From: an uncultured bacterium
GTDB lineage: Bacteria > Zixibacteria > MSB-5A5 > CAIYYT01
Direction of reading: 5' to 3'
Assembly (NCBI GenBank): GCA_963726455.1
Contig: CAVSCK010000004.1
Location: 128,001-192,000 of the forward strand
DNA: 64,000 bases
Shown: one piece after another, positions 9,848-18,643 of the stretch
How positions within the stretch are numbered: the first letter of the stretch is position 1
How the letters are laid out: each line of letters opens with the position of its first letter
Notes under the pieces: generated by a model
Seen by the model: the letters and a program-made list of their open reading frames with translations, nothing else
Databases searched by the model: none
Told to the model about the DNA's origin: nothing
Made by a program: the position numbers and the translations under genes

Positions 9848-11908
9848 ATGTTAAGATTCAGCGAATACGCCGACATCATCCTGGCAGTGACCGTCGTGCT
9901 CATCATTGGCGTGTTGATCATCCCGATCCCGACCATGATGCTCGACCTCATGCTGGCAGCCAATATTTCTCTGTCGCTGGTGATTCTGCTCGCGACTCTC
10001 TATCTCAAGCGCCCGCTCGAATTTTCGGTTTTTCCGGGACTGCTACTGGTAATCACGCTGTTTCGACTGGCTCTCAACGTTGCCTCGACCCGACTGATAT
10101 TGGGCGAGGGCTATGCCGGAACCGTGATCAACTCCTTCGGCAATTTTGTTGTCAAAGGCAATTACGTCGTCGGCTTTATCATCTTCATCATTCTCGTAAT
10201 CATCCAGTTTGTCGTCATCACCAAAGGCGCCGGCCGTATCTCCGAAGTCGCCGCGCGCTTCACTTTGGACGCCATGCCCGGCAAGCAAATGGCAATCGAC
10301 GCCGACCTCAACTCCGGTCTGATTAACGAGGACGATGCCCGTCGTCGCCGCAGTGAGATCACGCGCGAAGCTGATTTCTACGGCTCGATGGACGGCGCCT
10401 CCAAGTTCGTCCGTGGTGACGCGGTCGCCGGCATTCTCATCACAATGGTCAATATCATCGGCGGTTTCATCATCGGCATGGCGCAACAGGGTCTGCCAAT
10501 TACCGAAGCGCTGAAAAGATACACTCTGCTGTCAGTCGGTGACGGTCTCGTCACCCAGATTCCGGCACTAATCGTTGCCACGGCCTCCGGTATTCTCGTT
10601 ACCCGCGCCGCCGGTGACTCCAATCTCGGCACCGAGATGGCCAAACAGATGACCCTGCAGCCGAAAGCTCTGGCAATAGCGTCCGGCCTGGTGTTCACGC
10701 TCGGCGTTGTGCCCGGCATGCCGTTCGTGCCCTTCACATTCTTCAGTATCGTCGTGGGCATCGCCGCCTACTTGACCTTTCAGGCCGCCAAGCGCCGCGC
10801 AATTGAGAATGAACCGAAAGAAGTTCACATTGCCCCGCAGGAACAAAAGACGCCAACCGAACAGGCCGAGGACTCACTGCATCTCGACACTCTTGAGGTC
10901 GAGATCGGTTACGGCCTGATTCCTCTGGTCGACGCCCAGCAGGGCGGCGATCTGCTCGATCGCATCGCTTCGGTGCGCCGTCAACTGGCGACCGAACTCG
11001 GGATTATTGTACCGCCGATTCGCATCCGCGACAACGTGCAGTTGCGTCCCGATCTATATGAAGTCAAACTCAAGGGCATTACCGTCGCCCGTTACGAATT
11101 GATGGTCGACCATTTCCTGGCGATCAATCCCGGCCATATCGAGGACGATCTCGAGGGCTTCCAGACGTATGAACCGGCCTTCGGAATGACGGCCAAGTGG
11201 ATCATCCAGAATTATCGCGAACTCGCCGAGCTTAAGGGCTTCACGGTTGTTGAACCGTCGGCGGTCATGGCAACCCATCTCACCGAAATTATCAAGAGCA
11301 ACGCCGCCGAAATCTTCACGCGGCAGGATGTCAAGAACCTGATCGAAAGAGTCAAGCGCGAAACTCCGGCGGCGGTCGAGGATGTCATCGGCGAACTCGT
11401 GCCGATGTCGACTCTGCAGAAAGTGCTCCAGAATCTGTTGTCCGAGCGCATCAGTATTCGCGACATCGTGACCATTCTCGAAACGCTCGCCGACTATTCG
11501 CAGCAGACCAAGGACGCCGACGTACTGACCGAGTACGTGCGCATGTCACTACGCCGTTCGATCACCAACATTTACAAGACCGGCGAAAACCAAATGACCG
11601 TCTTCACGCTGGAGCCGCAAACCGAAAAATTGCTCTCCGATAATGTGCAAGCCACCAAGCAGGGTTTGATGCTGGTGCTGCCGCCGGCCAAAGGTGAAGT
11701 GCTGACCACGAATATCAGAGCCGCGTGCGAAATGATGGGGCGTGAAGGCCTCACGCCGCTGCTGCTGGTGAGTCCGAACATTCGACTGGCGCTACGCCGC
11801 TATCTGCATGGCGCCGTCCCGAATATCGTAGTGATCTCCTACTCTGAGATCCTGCCTGACATTGAAGTTTACTCAAAACAAGCAGTGAGCATATACGATG
11901 CTGATTAA
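9848..11908 (+). CDS. flhA: Flagellar export gate protein FlhA
   Basis: EVAARFTLDAMPGKQMAIDADL, ADFYGSMDGASKFVRGDA. Confidence 0.98.
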   Translation: MLRFSEYADIILAVTVVLIIGVLIIPIPTMMLDLMLAANISLSLVILLATLYLKRPLEFSVFPGLLLVITLFRLALNVASTRLILGEGYAGTVINSFGNFVVKGNYVVGFIIFIILVIIQFVVITKGAGRISEVAARFTLDAMPGKQMAIDADLNSGLINEDDARRRRSEITREADFYGSMDGASKFVRGDAVAGILITMVNIIGGFIIGMAQQGLPITEALKRYTLLSVGDGLVTQIPALIVATASGILVTRAAGDSNLGTEMAKQMTLQPKALAIASGLVFTLGVVPGMPFVPFTFFSIVVGIAAYLTFQAAKRRAIENEPKEVHIAPQEQKTPTEQAEDSLHLDTLEVEIGYGLIPLVDAQQGGDLLDRIASVRRQLATELGIIVPPIRIRDNVQLRPDLYEVKLKGITVARYELMVDHFLAINPGHIEDDLEGFQTYEPAFGMTAKWIIQNYRELAELKGFTVVEPSAVMATHLTEIIKSNAAEIFTRQDVKNLIERVKRETPAAVEDVIGELVPMSTLQKVLQNLLSERISIRDIVTILETLADYSQQTKDADVLTEYVRMSLRRSITNIYKTGENQMTVFTLEPQTEKLLSDNVQATKQGLMLVLPPAKGEVLTTNIRAACEMMGREGLTPLLLVSPNIRLALRRYLHGAVPNIVVISYSEILPDIEVYSKQAVSIYDAD

Positions 11909-13007
11909 AAACTTCCAAGCCGGCACCATTCAAGGTGCTCTCGATTTGGTCAAGAAGGAATTCGGCCAGCAGGCCGTGATTCTCAAGACCGACATTATCA
12001 AGGACAGCGGACGACGTCTATTCACCGTCACCGCTGCCAGGGACTTTCAGGACGTGGCCGCTGCCACCGCCGAGGCGGAGTTTGCGGCGCCCCTTCAGCA
12101 GGCAGCGCCTGCGCCGATCGCCGTTCGGGTGCCACCACCGGTCGCCACAGTACCGGAGCTGCCGCCGGCCCAACCGACGCCTCCGGCTCGTCCGAACAAG
12201 CAAACTGAATCAGCGACCGGCAAGGGCCGTCTTGAATCCGCGATTCTGGACGTGATGCTGCCGGAATTGCTCACCGGAGAAATCAAACGCCACTATCTGG
12301 CATTGCGCATCAACGAAGTCGAATCCGATTTGGCACTTCAAATCTGCCGCAAGCTGCAACAATCGAAGAAGACGAGTCGCGAAGATCTTGCCAAGATCAT
12401 CCGCGACCTGACCTCAAAGCAGGCGCCGTTCCCCGAAAACGAAAAGAATGTCGTATTCGTTGGCCCGTGCGGCTCCGGCAAGAGCTCGCTGTTGGCAAAG
12501 TTTGCCGCGGAGATGGTTTTTAATCGTCGCCGTCAGGTGACGCTGTCGACGCTCGACAGCTTCCGTCCCGGCGCCGAACACGAAGTTAACAGTCTCGCCG
12601 ATGTTCTCAGTGTCGTGCAGGAAAACGGCAGTAGCCGGCGTTCACGTTCCGCCTCCTGTCATCTGATCGACACCAGCGGACTGTCCATTGGTGATGAAGA
12701 TGGCTTCGTCGAACTCCAAACCCAGTTGAATCAGATCGAAGGCCGCTTTACGGTTCTCGTTCTGTCGCTGACGACCAGTTGGAAGAACAATCGCCGCTTT
12801 CTCGAATACTGCCTCCCGCTCGGTATCAATGCCATCGCCCTGACTCAGCTCGACCTCGCGCAGAGTTGCGGCGCGATGATCAACATTGCCGCCAAAGATT
12901 ATCCGCCGATTGTCGGCGTTAGTGATTCGCGGATGCCCACCGGCAGAGTGATGCCGTTTGATGCCCGCCGTTATCTCGACAAGTTGATCGGAGACGAAAA
13001 TGACTAA
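11898..13007 (+). CDS. flhF: SRP-family GTPase FlhF (divergent)
   Basis: N-term MLIKNFQAGTIQGALDLVKKEFG; P-loop GPCGSGKS, DSFR, DTSG, TQLD; after flhA. Confidence 0.85.
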   Translation: MLIKNFQAGTIQGALDLVKKEFGQQAVILKTDIIKDSGRRLFTVTAARDFQDVAAATAEAEFAAPLQQAAPAPIAVRVPPPVATVPELPPAQPTPPARPNKQTESATGKGRLESAILDVMLPELLTGEIKRHYLALRINEVESDLALQICRKLQQSKKTSREDLAKIIRDLTSKQAPFPENEKNVVFVGPCGSGKSSLLAKFAAEMVFNRRRQVTLSTLDSFRPGAEHEVNSLADVLSVVQENGSSRRSRSASCHLIDTSGLSIGDEDGFVELQTQLNQIEGRFTVLVLSLTTSWKNNRRFLEYCLPLGINAIALTQLDLAQSCGAMINIAAKDYPPIVGVSDSRMPTGRVMPFDARRYLDKLIGDEND

Positions 13008-13872
13008 CGGTTCGCCGTCAGCCCTTTCACGTGCAACGACGATCGCTGTCTGCTCAGGCAAAGGCGGTGTCGGCAAATCCACGGTTGCGCTGTTTGTTGC
13101 ATCGCGACTGGCGGAAGCCGGCAAACGCACCCTGCTTATCGACACCGACTTCGGCTTTGGCGATATCACTACCATGACCAACCTGACGCCGCTGGTCGGG
13201 TTCGAACAGATGCTGTCAGGCGCGGCGCGACTCGAAGATGCATTACTCCACGTCGGACCGAAACTGTCGATCATGGGAACGCTTCCGGGATCATCCTTCG
13301 ATATCGCTTCGCTGACCCGGTCCGGTCTGGACAATTGCCGCAAGATCGACGCCGAATTCGAAGTCATCGTGTTCGATACTCCTTCGACTCTCGATAGCTT
13401 CAATCTCGGAATTATCGCCGCCAGCGATTTGGCGATCTCCGTGACAACTTCGCGTATTCCCGCAATTGCCGACTCCTACGTGCAGCTCAAGAAAATCACC
13501 GGCTCCGGCAGTCGGGCGGCGATCTGTTTTCTCGTGAACCAGGTCGACACCGAGGTTGAAGGGATGCAGGCCACCGCAAAATTCGCCGAACTGCTTGACC
13601 GTTTTCTGGGACGAAAAGTCCCGTCAGTCGGCATGATCGAAAACGAACCGAATATCGAGAAGGCCGTCGAAGGCCAGTCGCTGCTTGAACTTAGCCGACG
13701 CCCCGGGGGTTTCGGCAAGAAGGCCGAATTAGTAATGAAAACACTTCTGGATAAACATCTGAAAGGGCCACGGACCGGCTGTTCAATTTGGGAACAGATG
13801 TCGTCGACGATTTTTCTAAAAAACGAAATCAGCTTTGACGATAACAAACTGCTAGTCCAGGTGCAAGGGTGA
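13000..13872 (+). CDS. flhG: MinD-like ATPase FlhG/FleN
   Basis: Deviant Walker A SGKGGVGKS, IDTD, FDTP; between flhF and fliA. Confidence 0.88.
   Translation: MTNGSPSALSRATTIAVCSGKGGVGKSTVALFVASRLAEAGKRTLLIDTDFGFGDITTMTNLTPLVGFEQMLSGAARLEDALLHVGPKLSIMGTLPGSSFDIASLTRSGLDNCRKIDAEFEVIVFDTPSTLDSFNLGIIAASDLAISVTTSRIPAIADSYVQLKKITGSGSRAAICFLVNQVDTEVEGMQATAKFAELLDRFLGRKVPSVGMIENEPNIEKAVEGQSLLELSRRPGGFGKKAELVMKTLLDKHLKGPRTGCSIWEQMSSTIFLKNEISFDDNKLLVQVQG
13817..13844 (+). promoter_or_regulatory. Candidate sigma28 promoter upstream of fliA
   Basis: TAAA-N16-GACGATAA inside the flhG 3' end; spacer one base longer than consensus. Confidence 0.4.
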
Positions 13873-13928
13873 AGCATGTCTAAAACGACCTTGATAACCA
13901 TGTTCGTCAGGAAAGGCGCAATACTAGT

Positions 13929-14687
13929 ATGAACGTATCAAACGCATGGAAGGACTATCGCACTACCGGCGATCCGGAAATCAGAAAACAACTGCTGTCG
14001 CATTACCTGCCGCTGGTCAAAAATGTTGCCGGACGGCTGGCGATGGGGTTTCCCAAGACGGTTGAAGTCGCTGATCTGGTCAACACCGGTGTCATTGGTT
14101 TGATCGAGGCATTCGCCAACTTCGATCCGAATCGCGGCATCAAGTTTGAGACTTACGCCGTGCCACGCATTCGCGGCGCCATTCTCGACGAATTGCGCAG
14201 TCTCGACTGGGTGCCTCGCTCGACGCGTGCCAAGTCACGCGAACTGGAACGCGCGGTGGTCGAACTGGAAAAGCGCCACGGCCGCAAGCCGTCGCACCGC
14301 GAACTGGCGAAATACATGAACATCACGCTGGACGAATTCGCCTCCACTTTGGACGACGTCTCCGGCGCCACGCTCCTGTCTCTGGACGAGATGATCTATC
14401 GCGAGGAAGACAATCGCCAGATTCCGCGCATCGAAACCCTGGAAGGGGCACACGACATGTCGGTGCTTGGTGAAATCGAGGAAATGGAATTGCGCGCCTA
14501 CCTCGGTGTGGCCATTGCCAATCTGACTGAACAGGAGCGCCTGGTTATCGCGCTCTATTACTATGAAGAACTCACCCTCAAGGAAATCGGCGAAGTCATG
14601 CAGATTTCCGAGTCGCGCGTGTCTCAGATACATACTAAGGCAGTATCCAAGCTGCGCAACCTGGTGAGGGAAAAATTCGCGATGTAG
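13929..14687 (+). CDS. fliA: RNA polymerase sigma factor FliA/WhiG (sigma28)
   Basis: DLVNTGVIGLIEA, FETYAVPRIRGAILDELRSLDWVPRS, LYYYEELTLKEIGEVMQISESRVSQIH. Confidence 0.97.
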   Translation: MNVSNAWKDYRTTGDPEIRKQLLSHYLPLVKNVAGRLAMGFPKTVEVADLVNTGVIGLIEAFANFDPNRGIKFETYAVPRIRGAILDELRSLDWVPRSTRAKSRELERAVVELEKRHGRKPSHRELAKYMNITLDEFASTLDDVSGATLLSLDEMIYREEDNRQIPRIETLEGAHDMSVLGEIEEMELRAYLGVAIANLTEQERLVIALYYYEELTLKEIGEVMQISESRVSQIHTKAVSKLRNLVREKFAM

Positions 14688-14690
14688 GCG

Positions 14691-14984
14691 GTGACACTTA
14701 TGGTGGATTCCATTGCCGTACCGGACAACTTTGCCAAAACGCCGCTGGCCGAACGGGTCAATCAACTGCAGAAGGCAGCGCCCGACGTCGACCAGCACCA
14801 GGCAGGGCAAGTCGTACAGGAAAAGCACATTCAGCGGCAGCACGAACCCATCGCGCCTGAAAAAACTGACGAAGCCGTGATTCATCGCGACAAAGAGGAA
14901 AAAGAGCAACCTAAGAGAGAGAAGAAAAAACAGCAGGATGATGCTGACAAAGATAAGAAAGGCGGTCTGGATCTGACCGCATAG
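14691..14984 (+). CDS. Hypothetical flagellar-region protein (Q/K-rich, ends GGLDLTA)
   Basis: ORF coupled to fliA; charged low-complexity; alternative ATG at 14700. Confidence 0.65.
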   Translation: MTLMVDSIAVPDNFAKTPLAERVNQLQKAAPDVDQHQAGQVVQEKHIQRQHEPIAPEKTDEAVIHRDKEEKEQPKREKKKQQDDADKDKKGGLDLTA

Positions 14985-14996
14985 CAGGAGCTAGTT

Positions 14997-15413
14997 ATGG
15001 ACACATGGAGTGTAGCACAACTGATATTGGACGCCATCTTCGCCGTAACCGTCATCGGCGCAGTCCTCGGATTCTTATACTTTCGCGAGAAAAGACTAAT
15101 CCGCCAACTGAGAACGGCGCCGGTAATCATGCCGCATGCTGAGACGGCCGCCAGACCCCACATTATAGATTTGCCACCAACGGTTGCGCCGACAATCGCC
15201 GAACCGGCGCCCGCCAAAACGCGCGCCAGCCGTCCACCGGCTGCGCCCAAACCGCAGAAAGCACCGCGGCGGCCTGCCACTCTATCGGCAAATCGCGCGG
15301 AACGATACCTGGAAGCTGTTCGCATGTATCGGCAGGGGAGCGATAAATCAACCATCGAAAAGGCGCTTGGCATCTCCTTCATGGAACTGGAGTTGCTGGG
15401 GAGATTGAAATAA
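14997..15413 (+). CDS. Membrane-anchored protein with C-terminal HTH-like module (DUF2802/DUF6115-like)
   Basis: RBS AGGAG; N-terminal TM helix, Pro-rich linker, YLEAVRMYRQG...IEKALGISFMELELL. Confidence 0.65.
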   Translation: MDTWSVAQLILDAIFAVTVIGAVLGFLYFREKRLIRQLRTAPVIMPHAETAARPHIIDLPPTVAPTIAEPAPAKTRASRPPAAPKPQKAPRRPATLSANRAERYLEAVRMYRQGSDKSTIEKALGISFMELELLGRLK

Positions 15414-15438
15414 CGGCCGTCGTGGTCGTCAGAGGTAA

Positions 15439-16635
15439 ATGCTAATGAGTAGTGAATCACCGTTCTTTCTGACCAAAGTTGAGTGCCCGGTCTGCAAGAC
15501 GATCAACGAGTTCGAAACCATCAAAGTCGGCGCGTACGTGGAAGATGACCATGACACCGACTTCTGCCCCAAAGGCCGTCATTGGAATAACGCCAGATAT
15601 GAAGTCTACAACCCGCTGCTCTTCTTTATGGCCACGTGCGAGAATTGCTTCTATACGCGCGAGTTCAACCAGTCGTTTCGCGACTGGAGAAATGACGCCG
15701 CATTCCGCACCTATCGCCAGAAACCGATCCAGGCACGCCATCTAGAACAGTTGGCTGTTGACGGCTCGGTATTAAAAATTTTGGGCAAGGCACGCGATCC
15801 GCAGGGAAATCCGTTTGCCACCTCCATCGTGAAATTCCTTCTCGGCGTCTACGACGAACTATTGCTGGAGCATCCGCATAAGCTCGACATCGGGCGCTTC
15901 TATCTGCGTATTGCCTGGCTCTTCCGCGAACATTGCGGCGAAGCGACGGGCGCCAACCCCAAGGTAGTACATTTCACGCACGACATCGAAAGGGCTATCG
16001 GCAAGCTGAAGCAGTCGCGCGATAATCTCGCGCTGAATCTCAATCAGGTATCCGATCTGGTTGACGCTGCTTTAGGCAAACGTGACGGCGCCATGAGTGA
16101 GTCGTCGCAATTCCTGACGGTTGGCGAAACACTTAAGTCAAACCTCGCCCGAATCTCTGAATTGGAAGCCGCATTGACCGGTACCATTTCGCAAATGGGG
16201 CAGGCCATTACCGACAATCGACGGTACCTTGATCGGGATGCACTCTCCGGACAGCCCGGCGCCATCGCGTTCGGCGGCTACCATTCCTTCGAAGAATTCA
16301 TGAGTTCAGTAAAATCGCTCTGGGAGTTCGCTCCCCTCAACGAAAATGACGCGTTGTTATACGCAATAGAGTTTTACAAGTCGGCTCTGGAGGACGGTCA
16401 CGAAATCCAGTCCGGCAATCAACAGATCCAGGCAACCTACTTGATCGCCGAATTGTCCCGCCGGGTGGGCCGGAATGTTGAAGCCAAACAATACTTCAAC
16501 AACACCATCAAGGCCGGACAGCAATTCATCTTTGAGAATCGCACCGATCAAACCCGCACCGCTCTGGCCAGAAAGATTGTTGAATTGGCCATTGCCCAGG
16601 GCAAGTCGAATCTCGCAGCCATCAAGGGTGACTAG
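15439..16635 (+). CDS. DUF2225 family protein (Zn-finger + TPR-like) with helical insertion
   Basis: CPVC...DTDFCP...YNPL...CENCFY; LRIAWLFRE; YLIAELSRRVG. Confidence 0.8.
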   Translation: MLMSSESPFFLTKVECPVCKTINEFETIKVGAYVEDDHDTDFCPKGRHWNNARYEVYNPLLFFMATCENCFYTREFNQSFRDWRNDAAFRTYRQKPIQARHLEQLAVDGSVLKILGKARDPQGNPFATSIVKFLLGVYDELLLEHPHKLDIGRFYLRIAWLFREHCGEATGANPKVVHFTHDIERAIGKLKQSRDNLALNLNQVSDLVDAALGKRDGAMSESSQFLTVGETLKSNLARISELEAALTGTISQMGQAITDNRRYLDRDALSGQPGAIAFGGYHSFEEFMSSVKSLWEFAPLNENDALLYAIEFYKSALEDGHEIQSGNQQIQATYLIAELSRRVGRNVEAKQYFNNTIKAGQQFIFENRTDQTRTALARKIVELAIAQGKSNLAAIKGD

Positions 16636-17393
16636 TGGAGCAAACTAAGAGTCGCGGACAGACTATCATCGGTCCCCTGCAAATCTGGGACAAACTCGAA
16701 CTGGTGTTCGAGGAAGACAAAAGGCAGGGACGCTATCGCACGCGCATCGAAGATGTGAAGGGTGAAGTGATGATGATCGACCGTCCGTCCTTGCTGACAG
16801 GTGATGCCCTCTTTAGCGTGGGCTCGAACTTCGTCGCCTGGTTCATCAAATCCGACTCTGCCTACACTTTCCCCGGGAAGGTTCTGCGCAAGGCAGACAC
16901 TGAACTCGAGGCCTACTGGATAAACAAACCGAAGCAAGTCGATCGCAACCAGCGCCGGCGGTTCTTCCGTATTGCCGATGATTCGCCGGTGTCCATAATC
17001 CTGGTCGACCATCTGATCAGGGAATCTGAACCGAAAGCCGAGATCAAGGAATTTGAGGGTGTCACGATTGACATCTCCGGCAACGGCATGCAGGTTCGCA
17101 CCAAGCTGGACGCCTTGGTTGGCGCCAAGGTCTTGCTCGCACCCCGGATTAAAGAACTTAAGCGTGACCTCTTTCTCTTCGGCATCATTCGCCGCAAGGA
17201 GAAGAACGAGGATGTCTTCACTCGTTACGGCATCGAATTTTTCACCGTCGAAGAAGTGCGTCAGCTGTTCAGTTCGTTTCCCATGCAACGGTTGCCTAAA
17301 GAATACCACAGTTTCAATGAACAATTACGTACCGCGCTGTTGAATTACATCTTCGCGCGGCAACTTGAAATGAAGAAAAAAGGACTTATCTAA
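16635..17393 (+). CDS. YcgR/PilZ flagellar brake protein (c-di-GMP receptor)
   Basis: N-terminal YcgR-like domain; QRRRFFR and DISGNG PilZ motifs; C-term LLNYIFARQLEMKKKGLI. Confidence 0.88.
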   Translation: MEQTKSRGQTIIGPLQIWDKLELVFEEDKRQGRYRTRIEDVKGEVMMIDRPSLLTGDALFSVGSNFVAWFIKSDSAYTFPGKVLRKADTELEAYWINKPKQVDRNQRRRFFRIADDSPVSIILVDHLIRESEPKAEIKEFEGVTIDISGNGMQVRTKLDALVGAKVLLAPRIKELKRDLFLFGIIRRKEKNEDVFTRYGIEFFTVEEVRQLFSSFPMQRLPKEYHSFNEQLRTALLNYIFARQLEMKKKGLI

Positions 17394-17412
17394 TACAGAC
17401 AGGAGAAAACCA

Positions 17413-17940
17413 ATGAACAAGCAAGATCGAAATACCACGACGCTAAGCGACAGTTTCGTGATTAAGCAACCCCTGCAACTTTACAAGACCCGCAGACGCC
17501 GCTACGTGCGGCTGGAAATCGCGGCGCCCATCGTATTTGCGCCCATCAACATCGACCGTCCTCTCGATCAGGATCACCTCGATCAGCAGACCGGAACGAT
17601 ACTGAACATTTCCGGAGGCGGCGCATTGCTCGCCTGCCGCAAGCAGCTGGCGGAGAACAGCTACGTTTCCATGAATCTTGAACTCGCAGGGCTGGAGATT
17701 CTTACCGGTGTAGTCGGCAAAGTAAAACGCATCGACGACGACGGCGACGGTGAATATCTCGTCGGCGTGGAATTCTGCACCGAAAAGGAACTGGTCTCTG
17801 TCTTCGGCGAATCGAACATCGGCAGCGTGATCTCCAGTTTCGACAACCGTGTGAAGCGTTACTTGCTGCGTTATGTGTTCGCCAACAAGGTCAGTCGCCG
17901 GTTGCGCGATGGCGGTAAGGAAGATGAGAACGAAGAATAA
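17413..17940 (+). CDS. PilZ domain protein
   Basis: RRRYVR and NISGGG motifs. Confidence 0.88.
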   Translation: MNKQDRNTTTLSDSFVIKQPLQLYKTRRRRYVRLEIAAPIVFAPINIDRPLDQDHLDQQTGTILNISGGGALLACRKQLAENSYVSMNLELAGLEILTGVVGKVKRIDDDGDGEYLVGVEFCTEKELVSVFGESNIGSVISSFDNRVKRYLLRYVFANKVSRRLRDGGKEDENEE

Positions 17941-18529
17941 GCTACTCATGGCCCTGATGCTGGTGGCTGTCCTCTCCATCAGCATCACTGGTCAAAACGA
18001 AAAAACTGTGCTGCTGATTGTCAACACTCCCGGCAGTACCTGGACTGATTGCGGCCTCCTGGAGCGGCTCACGAGGTACCTCAATGATCACAATGGCATC
18101 GCCCTGGTGCAACCTCAGCAGGCCGACGAGCTCAACCGCCAGATGGCGGGACGCTTCGATAAGCAAGTGCTCCTGGCCGAAGGGGTGACCCAGAAATTCC
18201 GTTACATCTTCTGGTGTGACGTGGTCAAACAGCGGCTCGACATCGAGAACGGATTCAGTCTGCCGCTCTTTTTCAAACAGAAGCGCGTCAAGGCCTCGCT
18301 GGAAGTTGAATACCACATCCTTGATTGTCAACGTGGCCGTTCCGTCAGCGTTGACCGCATCTGTGTCGAGCGGCACGGTCCGGCAACACTGCAATCTCTC
18401 GATTACACCGAAGCAGATCCGAATCTGCTCCTGACGTACGTTGAGAAGAAAGCGCTCTTCGATCGGCTCGAAGAAGAAGCCGCCAGGAAGCTGCTGGCCA
18501 GTTTCGACGACGTGTCCCGGCAGCGGTAA
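17924..18529 (+). CDS. Secreted hypothetical protein
   Basis: ATG 17924 after RBS AAGG; signal peptide MRTKNKLLMALMLVAVLSISITG. Confidence 0.7.
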   Translation: MRTKNKLLMALMLVAVLSISITGQNEKTVLLIVNTPGSTWTDCGLLERLTRYLNDHNGIALVQPQQADELNRQMAGRFDKQVLLAEGVTQKFRYIFWCDVVKQRLDIENGFSLPLFFKQKRVKASLEVEYHILDCQRGRSVSVDRICVERHGPATLQSLDYTEADPNLLLTYVEKKALFDRLEEEAARKLLASFDDVSRQR

Positions 18530-18643
18530 TGCCGTTGTCGATTGTCTTTACTGCCTGACGCTCCGATAGGAGCGCGGGCCCGCAAAATAGGACTTTCCGC
18601 CCCGGCGCATACTGCCGGGACGGCGCAAAATTGGATCGGGCAA

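Noticed and set aside
18543-18569. Sigma28 promoter before the PAS-GAF kinase (TCCGATAG)
   Set aside because: -10 is plausible but the -35 does not match TAAA
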